Below are positions 48,697 through 57,529 of a stretch of DNA of 64,000 nt, one piece after another. Origin of the DNA: an uncultured Solirubrobacterales bacterium (lineage in GTDB: Bacteria; Actinomycetota; Thermoleophilia; Solirubrobacterales; 70-9); contig CAWCHE010000001.1 in assembly GCA_963795295.1 (NCBI GenBank), positions 557,389 through 621,388 of the forward strand, read 5' to 3'. Position numbers and translations under genes: made by a program. Each line of letters starts with the position of its first letter. The stretch's first letter is position 1. The notes beneath the pieces are model-generated. The model was not told the origin of the DNA and ran no database searches. It worked only from the letters and a program-made list of their open reading frames with translations.

Positions 48697-49377
48697 ATGA
48701 AGGTAGGGATGAAGCGGCCGTCGCCGGCAATGGTCATAGCGGTGGCTGCACTGGTCATCGCGCTCGCGGGAACCGCCTACGCGGCGCTCCCCAAGAACTC
48801 GGTCGGCTCGCGGCAGCTGAAAACCCGCGCCGTGACGACGAGCAAATTCGCCGACGGCGCCGTCAAAGGCGAAAAAGTCGCGAAAAAGACGCTGACCGGC
48901 GAGGACATCAACCTCGCTGAGCTCGGCAGGGTCCCCTCCTCCGAAAGCGCCGGCGGCGTCGTCAACGCCGAAACGCTGACCGGCCACCCGGCGGCCTGCC
49001 CCGGCGGCACGGTCGCGATCCGCGGCCTCTGCTGGGACGCAGCCCCCAGCGGGCCGATCCTCGGCGTCGAAAACGCCGCCGACGCCTGCGCCGCCCGCGG
49101 CGGTTACCTGCCGACGCCGGAGCTCGCCGTCTCGGTTCGCAAAGTGATCCCTCTCGGCGACGGCTCGGGCGAAAAAGGCGAAGGGGTCAACTGGGTCTAC
49201 ACCGACTCCTACTTCGGCAACACCTCCGGCGTCCAATACCGGGAGACGATCGTCAGCTCGACCGACGAGGCCACCGTCGAAAACCGGGACGAAAAACCGC
49301 CGGCGCCGACCAAAAAACTGATCGCGAACTACAAGTTCGTCTGCGTCTACCACCCGGTCCACACCCCCGGCAAATAG
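48697..49377 (+). CDS. Secreted protein of unknown function, possible DUF1566/Lcl-C-like lectin-fold core
   Basis: 226 aa. Signal peptide ...VIALAGTAYA. Contains GLCWDAAPSGP...ADACAARGGYLPTPELA, which resembles the DUF1566 motif (W....C....GG..LPT..EL). Tentative. Confidence 0.45.
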   Translation: MKVGMKRPSPAMVIAVAALVIALAGTAYAALPKNSVGSRQLKTRAVTTSKFADGAVKGEKVAKKTLTGEDINLAELGRVPSSESAGGVVNAETLTGHPAACPGGTVAIRGLCWDAAPSGPILGVENAADACAARGGYLPTPELAVSVRKVIPLGDGSGEKGEGVNWVYTDSYFGNTSGVQYRETIVSSTDEATVENRDEKPPAPTKKLIANYKFVCVYHPVHTPGK

Positions 49378-49395
49378 GCAAATAGCGGCGGCCGC

Positions 49396-50070
49396 TCAGG
49401 CGGCCGCGAGGGGGGCGCAGGGCTCGGGCATCGGAAAGAGCGCGAGGAAGCGGCCGAGGCGCCGCTTCTCGCCCTCGATCCGGACCGCGCCCGAGGCGAT
49501 CGCCTCCTCCAGCCCGAGCTGGCCGGCGATGACCGCGCCGAGGGTGTCCGGGTCGGTCTCGATTGCGCCCTCGATCTCGCCGTCGGGGTCGCGGGAGACC
49601 TCGATCTCGCCGCCGTCCACGCGGACGCCGAATCGGTTCTCGCCGAGCCGGATCTCGTAGGCGAAGGAAGCCCCGCCGGCGGCCTCGGGGTCGAACAGCG
49701 AGCCGAGGGCGAGGACGATCGAATCGGGGCCGATCGTCGTCGAGTCAGGCGGGAACGGCGAGCGCGCTCCCCAGGCGCCGAGCCGGGTCACGATCGGCTC
49801 CAGCTCCCGCCCCCAATCGGTCAGCTCGTAGACAGAGGAGGCCGCGGGGGGCGGCAGCCGGCGATGCCGCAGGACCCCGCCCTTCTCGAGCTCGCGCAGG
49901 CGCTCTGCAAGGATGTTCGTGCTGGCGTTCGGCAGCCCGTTACGCAGGTCGGTGAAGCGCTTCGGGCCGAGCAGGAGCTCGCGGACCACCAGCAGCGCCC
50001 ACCTCTCGCCGACCAGGTCCAGCGCGTGAGAGAAGCGGCATGCCTCGCCGTAGGAGCGCTTGCTGTTCAT
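49396..50070 (-). CDS. HxlR-family winged-helix transcriptional regulator with C-terminal SCP2-like extension
   Basis: 224 aa. C.FSHALDLVGERWALLVVRELLLGPKRFTDL...NILAERLRELEKGGVL is the HxlR signature. Confidence 0.85.
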   Translation of the reverse strand: MNSKRSYGEACRFSHALDLVGERWALLVVRELLLGPKRFTDLRNGLPNASTNILAERLRELEKGGVLRHRRLPPPAASSVYELTDWGRELEPIVTRLGAWGARSPFPPDSTTIGPDSIVLALGSLFDPEAAGGASFAYEIRLGENRFGVRVDGGEIEVSRDPDGEIEGAIETDPDTLGAVIAGQLGLEEAIASGAVRIEGEKRRLGRFLALFPMPEPCAPLAAA

Positions 50071-50093
50071 GAGACCACTCTAACCTCTTAATG

Positions 50094-50115
50094 CAACTTT
50101 GCAAGTAAGTAGTTG
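50094..50115. promoter_or_regulatory. AT-rich inverted repeat in the HxlR/MFS divergent promoter region (candidate operator)
   Basis: CAACT-TTGCAAGTAAGT-AGTTG, with the TTGCAA palindrome, lies in the 59-bp divergent intergenic region. Confidence 0.35.
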
Positions 50116-50129
50116 TTTTTCTGCACCAT

Positions 50130-51665
50130 ATGCTAGGGTCCCCGACCATGACCGCAGATACCGCCCAGACGAACGACCGCGCCCGCTGGCTCGCCCTCTA
50201 CGTCCTCTGCGGGGGCGTGCTGATGATCGTCCTCGACGTGACGATCGTGAACGTCGCGCTGCCCTCGATCCAGGACAGCCTCGGCTTCTCCCAGAGCAAC
50301 CTCGCCTGGGTCGTCAACGCCTACCTGATCCCCTTCGGCGGCCTGCTGCTGCTCGCCGGGCGGATGGGCGACCTGATCGGCCAGCGCCGCATCTTCCTGA
50401 TCGGGTTGACGATCTTCATCGCCGCCTCGCTTCTCTGCGCCGCGGCGGACAGCCAGGCGATGCTGATCGCGGGGCGCTTCTTCGCCGGCCTCGGCGGCGC
50501 CTTCGCCTCGGCGGTCGTCCTCGGGATGATCGTGACGATGTTCCCCGAGCCCAGGGAGCAGGCGAAAGCGATCGGCGTCTTCGGCTTCGTCGCCTCGGCC
50601 GGCGGCTCGATCGGCCTGCTCGCCGGCGGCGCCCTGACCCAGGCGATCAGCTGGCACTGGATCTTCATCATCAACCTGCCGATCGGGATCGGCGTCGCCC
50701 TCGGCGCGCTGAAGCTGGTCGAGGGCCGGCCCGGCATCGGCCTCGAGAAGGGCGCCGACATCCCCGGCGCCGCCCTGATCACCGGCTCGCTGATGATCGG
50801 CACCTACGCGATCCTCGGGGTCAGCGAGCACGGCTGGGGCGCGCCCCAGACCCTGCTGCTCGGCGCCGCCTCCGCGGGGCTGCTCGCCGGCTTCATCGCC
50901 CGCCAGGCGCGCATCGCGAATCCACTCGTGCCGCTCAGCCTGTTCCGCAACCGCAACCTCTCGGGCGCGAACGTGATCCAGGCGCTGCTCGTCGCCGGGA
51001 TGTTCGGAATGTTCTTCCTAGGCGCCCTGTATCTGCAGCGGGTCCTGAAATACGACGCGCTCCAGGTCGGCCTCGCCTTCCTGCCGACGACGGTGGCGAT
51101 GGGGACGATGTCGCTCGGCTTCTCCGAAAAGCTGATCATGCGCTTCGGGCCGCGGACGACGTTGATCCCCGGCGTGGCGATGGTGGGAGTCGGCCTGCTG
51201 CTCTTCGCCCGCACCCCTGTGGACGGGAACTACCTGACCGACCTGCTGCCGCCGCTGCTCCTGGTCGGGATCGGGGTCGGCTCGTCGTTCCCGTCGCTGA
51301 TGACGCTGGCGATGTCGGGCGCCTCACCGACCGAGGCGGGGCTCGCCTCTGGTGTCGTCAACACCAGCATGCAGGTAGGTGGAGCGATCGGCCTAGCGGT
51401 GCTGGCGACGCTCGCCGCCGAGCGCACCGACGGCCGTGAAGCGGACGGCGTCGCCCACCTCGCCGCGCTCAACTCGGGCTACCACCTCGCCTACCTGATC
51501 GGCGCGGTCCTGGTCGCGCTCGCGCTCGTCGTCGCGGTCACCGTGCTGCGCCAGCCCTCACCGGCCGAGATGGCCGAGATGGCGGCCGCGCACGGGCCGC
51601 CGGAGGGCGAGGCGGACGAGCGCGACGGCGCCGTCGCAGAGCCCGCCTACTCGGACGCCATCTAG
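50130..51665 (+). CDS. DHA2-type (EmrB/QacA, 14-TM) MFS efflux transporter
   Basis: 511 aa. LDVTIVNVALPSIQ, GRMGDLIGQRR and 14 predicted TM helices. Divergent from the HxlR regulator. Confidence 0.9.
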   Translation: MLGSPTMTADTAQTNDRARWLALYVLCGGVLMIVLDVTIVNVALPSIQDSLGFSQSNLAWVVNAYLIPFGGLLLLAGRMGDLIGQRRIFLIGLTIFIAASLLCAAADSQAMLIAGRFFAGLGGAFASAVVLGMIVTMFPEPREQAKAIGVFGFVASAGGSIGLLAGGALTQAISWHWIFIINLPIGIGVALGALKLVEGRPGIGLEKGADIPGAALITGSLMIGTYAILGVSEHGWGAPQTLLLGAASAGLLAGFIARQARIANPLVPLSLFRNRNLSGANVIQALLVAGMFGMFFLGALYLQRVLKYDALQVGLAFLPTTVAMGTMSLGFSEKLIMRFGPRTTLIPGVAMVGVGLLLFARTPVDGNYLTDLLPPLLLVGIGVGSSFPSLMTLAMSGASPTEAGLASGVVNTSMQVGGAIGLAVLATLAAERTDGREADGVAHLAALNSGYHLAYLIGAVLVALALVVAVTVLRQPSPAEMAEMAAAHGPPEGEADERDGAVAEPAYSDAI

Positions 51666-51697
51666 CGCCGGATACCCGGCGCCGAAAAGGAGAGACC

Positions 51698-52069
51698 ATG
51701 GGACAGCCAGTCGTCCACTTCGAGGTGATCGGGAAGGACGGGGAGAAGCTGCGCGAGTACTACTCGTCCCTCTTCAACTGGAAGATCGACGCCTCCAACC
51801 CGATGAACTACGGGATCGTCGCCAAAGAGGACAACCCGGCGCCGGACGGCAGCTTCGGGATCGGCGGCGGGGTCGCCGGCTACGACGAAGGTGAGGGCGG
51901 GGTCACCTTCTACGTCGCCGTCCCCGACATCGAGCAGGCGCTGGTCAAGGCCGAGACCCTCGGCGGGACCAGGGTGATGGGCCCCGAGAAGGTCGGCGAT
52001 ATGGTCGAGCTCGGGCAGTTCAAGGACCCCGAGGGGCACCTGATCGGGCTCGTCCAGGACGGCTCCTAG
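51698..52069 (+). CDS. VOC/glyoxalase-family protein
   Basis: 123 aa. VVHFEVIGKDGEKLREYYSSLFNW...FKDPEGHLIGLV is a typical glyoxalase-fold pattern. Confidence 0.8.
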   Translation: MGQPVVHFEVIGKDGEKLREYYSSLFNWKIDASNPMNYGIVAKEDNPAPDGSFGIGGGVAGYDEGEGGVTFYVAVPDIEQALVKAETLGGTRVMGPEKVGDMVELGQFKDPEGHLIGLVQDGS

Positions 52070-52133
52070 AGGCATCCTCCGCAGCGGTCCCGGCAGTTCT
52101 CAACCCGGACGGCACCGGCGCCGATGAGACGAC

Positions 52134-53224
52134 ATGGACCGGGCCGCCTCCAACCCCCTCGTCGATACGCAGGCCCGGCGCGAGCAGGCGCTGATGGGGA
52201 GGATCTCCGGCGGCCTCTGGATCGTCGGGGCGCTGGTCGGCGCCGCCGGCACCTTCCTTCCTGGCGCCTCCCACCAGGGGGCTGCCCCGATCCTGGCCCT
52301 GAGCGCGGTCGTGCTCGCCTACGGCCTCGCCAGCGTCACAGGGCTGATCCCCTGGGGGCGGGCCTCGCTGCGGGCGCTGGCGTTCGCGATGGTGCTCACG
52401 GTTCCCGTCGTCGGCCTCGCGATCTACCTGACCGGAGGCTCGATCAGCTACATCGAGCCGCTGTTGGTCTGCTCGCTCCTCTACGCCGCGCTCTTCTTCC
52501 CGCCGCGCTGGGCCTGGCCGCTGGCGATCGAGCTGATCCTCGTCGCCGGCGCCCCGCTGCTCTATGACGGTGACGCGATCGAGACCGCCTTCGTGCCCCG
52601 CTACCTGGCGCTGGTCGCCGGCTTCCTCGCGGTCACCTGGGTGATGGTCAGCCTCAAGGGACGGCTGCTCGAGGCCGAGGCGCGCCAGCGGGACATCGCC
52701 AACCGCGATCCGCTGACCGGGATCGCCAACCGCCGCGCCTTCGACGATTGCCTGCAGCGCGAGCTCGCGGCGCGGTCGCGGGGGGACGGCGCGGGACAGA
52801 CGTCGAGCCGCTCGCCCTCCTGATCGTCGACCTCGACGACTTCAAGTCGATCAACGACCTGCACGGGCATCAGATCGGCGACAAGGTTCTGCGGCGGACG
52901 GCGGAGCGGGCGCACGCCGTGCTGCGCTCGACCGACGTCCTCGCCCGGATCGGCGGCGACGAGTTCGCGGTGATCGCCCCCGGCGCTCACGGTGACGCCG
53001 CCCGCCGCCTCGCCGAAGCGATTCGCACCGCGGTCGCGGCAGGCGACCCGGCCTCTCCGACCCCGACCTCGGGCGCCTCGGTCGGGCTCGCCGTCTACCC
53101 CGAGGACGGCGAGGACTTCGAGGCCCTGCTGCGGATCGCCGACCAAAGGCTGCTGCGGGTGAAGAGCAACGGCAGCCACTTCTCCCCGCGCGGCCGCGAC
53201 GCCGGCGCCCTGCGGCTGATCTGA
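52134..53224 (+). pseudogene. Membrane-anchored diguanylate cyclase (GGDEF), one frameshift as sequenced (G6 run 52780-52785)
   Basis: N-terminal TM helices and NRDPLTGIANRRAFD are in ORF 52134. EPLALLIVDLDDFKSINDLHGHQIGD...ARIGGDEFAVI is in ORF 52748-53224, one base out of frame. Confidence 0.85.
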
Positions 53225-53247
53225 CCTCTGCCGCACTCGATGCAAAC

Positions 53248-53269
53248 TAGACTCATTCTCATTAGACTC
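53248..53269. promoter_or_regulatory. AT-rich direct-repeat element immediately upstream of the metal ABC operon (candidate Zur/Fur-type operator)
   Basis: TAGACTCATTCTCATTAGACTC contains TAGACTC twice and tandem CTCATT hexamers. It is the only AT-rich stretch in the 53-bp gap before GTG 53278, and zur is the last gene of the operon. Confidence 0.35.
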
Positions 53270-53277
53270 GGCTCGCT

Positions 53278-54087
53278 GTGCTCGAGCCATTCCAGCTTCC
53301 ATTCGTCCAGCGGGGCCTCCTCGAGATCCTGATCCTCGCGATCCCGGCCGGACTGCTCGGCACCTGGATCGTGATGCGCGGCCTCGCCTTCTTCTCCCAC
53401 GCGGTCGGCACCGCCGCCTTCCCGGGGCTGGTCCTCGCCGACGGCCTCGGCTTCGCGGCGCCGCTCGGGGCGTTCGCCGCCGCAGCCCTCTTCAGCGTCG
53501 GCAACTCGGCGCTCTCGAGCCGCCGCCGCGAGGACGGGGACAGCATCGTCGCGATCGTCCTCGTCGCCTGCCTGGCGGCGGGCGTGATCCTCGCCAGCGA
53601 CGTCTTCGGCTCCGGCGCCAACGTCGAGACCCTGCTCTTCGGCAGCCTCCTCCTGGTCGACTCCGGCGACATCGCCCTCGCCGTCGCCGCCGCGGCGGCG
53701 ACGCTGCTGGTGAGCGCCGTGGCGGCCGCCGCGCTGGCTCGCGCGGGGCTTCGACCCCGCCTCGCCGGGCGCGACGGGCAGGATGGCGGCGATCCTCGAC
53801 GCGACTGCTGCTGGCGCTGATCGCGCTGGCGACGACCGCCGCGCTCTCGGTGATCGGGGCGCTGCTCGTCGCGGCGCTGTTCGTCGTCCCCGCGATCACC
53901 GCCCGCCTCCTGACCCGGCGGCTGGCGGCATGGCAGGCTCGCGAGCGTCGCCCTGGTCGCCGTCGAGGGGACCGCCGGGCTCTGGCTCTCGGTCAAGACC
54001 GACGCGCCGCCTGGGGCGACGATCGCCTGCGTCTCCGGCGCCGCCTTCGCGCTGGTCGCCTGCGGCCGGGCGCTGGCCCGCTCGCGG
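53278..54087 (+). pseudogene. ABC-3 family metal (Zn/Mn) transporter permease, at least 3 frameshifts as sequenced; 3' end approximate
   Basis: A sensible reading jumps frames four times. LEPFQLPFVQRGLLEILILAIPAGLLGTWIVMRGLAFFSHAVG...LLFGSLLLV comes first. WLARGFDPAS... starts near 53730. LLALIALATTAALSVIGALLVAALFVVPAITARLL starts near 53805. LASVALVAVEGTAGLWLSVKTDAPPGATI... starts near 53932. Confidence 0.75.
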
Positions 54088-55036
54088 CTGCGGCGCGCCG
54101 GCAGCGGTCGCCGCGGCGACGGCCGTGCTGGCGCTGCTCGCCGCGGGCTGCGGCAGCTCCGGCGCCGATGACGGCCAGCTCGGGGTGGTCGCGACGACGA
54201 CCCAGATCGGCGACTGGGTCAGGGAGGTCGGCGGCGGCGCGGTCTCGGTCGACCAGGTCCTGCAGCCGAACACGGACCCCCATCGAGTACGAGCCGCGGC
54301 CGAGTGACATCGAGGCGGCCGCCGACGCCTCTCTGGTCTTCGCCAACGGCGACGGGCTCGACGAATGGGTCGGCGAGATCGTCTCCGACAGCGGCAGCGA
54401 CGCCTCGATCGTCGACCTCGGCGCCGCGGTCCCCGACCGCCTGCCCGGGGAGTCGAGCGGCGCCGAGGCTTCCCGCTATGACCCCCACTGGTGGCACGAC
54501 CCCCGCAACGCCGAGGCGGCGGTGCCGAGATCGCCGACGCGGCTCGCCGCCGCCGACCCCGCGCACCGGCGCGAGTTCGAGCGAAACGCGGCCGCCTACC
54601 TGCGCCCGCCTGCGCCGCCTCGACCGTGGGATCGCGCGCTGCTTCGCGGCGGTGCCCGCCGCCGCGCCGCAAGCTGGTCACCGACCACGACGCCTTCGGC
54701 TACTTCGCCCACCGCTACGGGATCGACGTCGTCGGCGCCGTGATCCCCTCGCAGACGACCCAGGCCCAGCCATCGGCCAAGGACCTCAGCGAGCTGGCGG
54801 AGACGATCGAAGAAGAGGGCGTGGCGGCGATCTTCCCCGAGAGCTCGCTGAGCCCGAAGGTGGCCGAGGCGATCGCCTCGCAGACCGGCGCCACGGTCGG
54901 CGGCGAGCTCTACGGCGACACCCTCGGCGCCGCCGGCAGCGACGGCGCCACCTACCTGGAGATGGAGGCGGCGAACGCCGACGCGATGGTGCGCGGCTTC
55001 ACCGACGGAGAGCGCGGATGCCGCCTCAGCCCCTGA
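54088..55036 (+). pseudogene. Metal-binding lipoprotein (ZnuA/TroA family SBP), at least 5 frameshifts as sequenced; 5' end approximate
   Basis: Lipobox AVLALLAAGCGSSG, then VVATTTQIGDWV...QPNTDPH, then a shift near 54283 to EYEPRPSDIEAA...DPHWWHDPRNA. Between 54520 and 54670 the reading alternates between AEIADA, LAAADPAHRREFERNAAAYL, RLRRLDRGIARCF and RKLVTDHDAFGYFAHRYGI... in three frames. Confidence 0.75.
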
Positions 55037-55761
55037 TCGAGGCGGCGGCGCTGGCCGTCGGCTACGACGGGACCCCGGCGATCACCGGGGTCGAGTTCAC
55101 GCTGACCCCGGGCGAGCGGATGGCGCTGCTCGGGCCCAACGGCGGCGGCAAGACGACGCTGCTGCGGGCACTGCTCGGGGAACTGACGCCGCTCGGCGGC
55201 GAGCTGCGGGTCGGCGTCCGCTGCGCGACGGTTCCGCAGACCGAGCGGACGCGGCTCGACTACCCGGTCTCCGCTCTCGACGTCGCGGCGATGGGCGCCC
55301 TCTCGAGGCTGCCCTGGTGGCGCGGTCCCGGCCGCGCCGGGAGGGAGGAGGCGCGCAGCTCGCTCGAGCGGGTCGGGCTGGGCGGCCTCGCAGAGGAGAC
55401 CTTCGGTGAGCTCTCCGGCGGCCAGCGCCAGCGGGTCCTGATCGCCCGGGCGCTGGTCCAGGACGCCCGCGTGCTGCTCCTCGACGAGCCGTTCACCGGC
55501 CTCGACCGCCCGGGAGCCGAGCTGCTCGACCGGCTGATCGCGGCGCTCTCCGCCGAGGGGCGGGCGATCGTGATCGCCACCCATGACCTCGAGCAGGCGC
55601 GGCGCTGGGACTCGGTCCTCTGCCTGAACCGGCGCCAGGTCGCGGTCGGCCCTCCCGAGGAGACCCTCGACCGCGGCGTCCTGGAAGCGACCTACGGCGG
55701 CGAGATCGTCGAGATCCCCGGCGGCGGGGGCCGCGGAATCCTCCCACCCCACCACCACTGA
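55018..55761 (+). CDS. Metal ABC transporter ATP-binding protein (ZnuC/TroB-like), intact
   Basis: 247 aa. Walker A GPNGGGKTT, signature LSGGQRQR, Walker B LLLDEP. His-rich C-terminal PPHHH. Confidence 0.9.
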   Translation: MPPQPLIEAAALAVGYDGTPAITGVEFTLTPGERMALLGPNGGGKTTLLRALLGELTPLGGELRVGVRCATVPQTERTRLDYPVSALDVAAMGALSRLPWWRGPGRAGREEARSSLERVGLGGLAEETFGELSGGQRQRVLIARALVQDARVLLLDEPFTGLDRPGAELLDRLIAALSAEGRAIVIATHDLEQARRWDSVLCLNRRQVAVGPPEETLDRGVLEATYGGEIVEIPGGGGRGILPPHHH

Positions 55762-55792
55762 CGATGCTGGCGCCGCTCAGGAAGAGCCGTTC

Positions 55793-56603
55793 ATGCAGAG
55801 GGCCATCGCGGAGGCCGTCCTGATCGGCGTCGCGGGCGGCGCGATCGGGTGCTGGGTCGTCCTCTACGAGTTCTCCTACGCCGCCGAGTCGCTCGCCCAC
55901 TCGATCTTCCCCGGCCTGGTGATCGCGACCCTGGCCGGGGTGCCGCTGCTGCTCGGGGCGGCGCCGGCGATCGTCCTCGCGGCGCTGGCGATCGCACTCG
56001 CCGGCCGCGTCCCGGGGGTGACCCGCGACGTCGCGGTCGCGGTCGTGGTGACGACGATGTTCGGCGCTCGGCGTCCTGCTCGCGCTCTCGCCCGACTCGC
56101 CTCCCGGCATCGAGTCGCTGCTCTTCGGCGACATCCTCGGCCCCAGCGACGCCGACCTGATCGCCGCCGCCGCCCTCGCCGCAATCGCCGCCGCGGCCCT
56201 GGGCTGCTGCACGGCCGGCTGCTCGCGACCGGGTTCGACCGGGGCAGCGCCGCCGCCCTCGGCCTCTCCCCGGCCGCGGTCGAGGCGGCGCTGCTGGTCC
56301 TGCTCTCGGCCGGGACCGTGGTCGCGGTCAGGGGCTCGGGAACCTGCTGGTCGTCGCCGTCTTCGTCGGCCCGCCGCCGCCGCGCGCCTGCTCACAGATC
56401 GGATCGTGCCGATGTTCGCCGTCTCCGCGGCGATCGCGGTCCTCGCCGGCGTCGCCGGTCTCTACCTCTCCTATTACGCCGGCACCGCCGCCGGCGCCTC
56501 GGTCGCGCTCGCGATCGTCGCCGCCTATCTGCTCGCTCTCGCTGTCCACCCACTCGTCCGCCGCGCCCGGGTGCGGGCCCGGCCTGGGGCTACGATCGGG
56601 TAG
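55793..56603 (+). pseudogene. Second ABC-3 family permease, about 4 frameshifts as sequenced
   Basis: The sensible path changes frame four times. MQRAIAEAVLIGVAGGAIGCWVVLYEFSYAAESLAHSIFPGLV...TTMFG comes first. LGVLLALSPDSPPGIESLLFGDILG starts near 56066. LLATGFDRGSAAALGLSP starts near 56200. QGLGNLLVVAVFVG starts near 56327. PAAAARLLTDRIVPMFAVSAAIAV...LYLSYY...* starts near 56368. Confidence 0.75.
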
Positions 56604-57050
56604 ATGCCCACCTCCACCGACACCGGCTGGGCCGAGCACGCGCTGGCGAGGATGCATGACGCCGGGCTGCGCCGCGGCGGAGCCCGCACCGCGGTCGTCG
56701 AGGCCCTCGCCCGCCACGATTGCGCGGTCACCGCCCTCGAGCTCGACGACGAGCTGCGCCGGCGCAGGCCCCCGGTCGGCCGCGCCAGCGTCTATCGCGC
56801 CCTCGAGCAGCTCGAGCAGCTCGGCCTCGTCCAGCGCCTTGAGGTGACGCGAGGGACGGCGGGGTACGAGCGGATCGAGCCCAGCGGCCACCACCACCAT
56901 CACGCGATCTGCCGCGACTGCGGCCGCATGGTTCCCTTCGAGGACCCCGGCCTGGAGCGGGCGATCGGGCGGGTCTCGGAGCGGGTGCGGTTCCGGGTCA
57001 CCGACCACGACGTCGTCCTCCGCGGGCTCTGCGAGCGCTGCGCCTCCTAG
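56604..57050 (+). CDS. zur: Fur-family metalloregulator (Zur-like)
   Basis: 148 aa. Winged-helix region, HHHHH.IC..CG and the C-terminal C..C metal sites. The ATG abuts the stop of the permease gene. Confidence 0.8.
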   Translation: MPTSTDTGWAEHALARMHDAGLRRGGARTAVVEALARHDCAVTALELDDELRRRRPPVGRASVYRALEQLEQLGLVQRLEVTRGTAGYERIEPSGHHHHHAICRDCGRMVPFEDPGLERAIGRVSERVRFRVTDHDVVLRGLCERCAS

Positions 57051-57091
57051 CCGCCGCCGGCCGGCGGCGCGCTCCGACTAGGCTTTGAGGC

Positions 57092-57529
57092 GTGGCAAAG
57101 CCGATCTACACGGCGGAAGCGCATGTGACGGGCGGCAGGATCGCCGGCCACGGCCGCACCTCCGACGGTGTCCTCGAGGTCGACATCCGGGTTCCGCCCG
57201 AGCTCGGCGGCGAGGAGCGGGGGACGAACCCCGAGCAGCTCTTCGCCGTCGGCTACGCGGCCTGCTTCGAGGGGGCGCTGATGACGGTCGCCAGGCGGAT
57301 GAAGCTCGACGCCGGCGACGTCGAGATCGACTCCAAGGTGATGCTGGTGACCGGCGAGGACCGCAGCTTCACGATCGCGGTCGAGCTGGCCGTGACCCTG
57401 CCCTCGATCGAGGGCGAGGGCGCCGCCGAGCTGGTTGCGGCCGCCCACAGGGTCTGCCCTTACTCGAACGCGACGCGGGGCAATATCGAGGTCGCGCTGA
57501 GCGCCAACGGCACCGCGGTCGAGGTTTAG
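57092..57529 (+). CDS. ohr: Organic hydroperoxide resistance protein (OsmC/Ohr family)
   Basis: 145 aa. NPEQLFAVGYAACF and VCPYSNATRGNI contain the two conserved Ohr cysteines. Confidence 0.88.
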   Translation: MAKPIYTAEAHVTGGRIAGHGRTSDGVLEVDIRVPPELGGEERGTNPEQLFAVGYAACFEGALMTVARRMKLDAGDVEIDSKVMLVTGEDRSFTIAVELAVTLPSIEGEGAAELVAAAHRVCPYSNATRGNIEVALSANGTAVEV

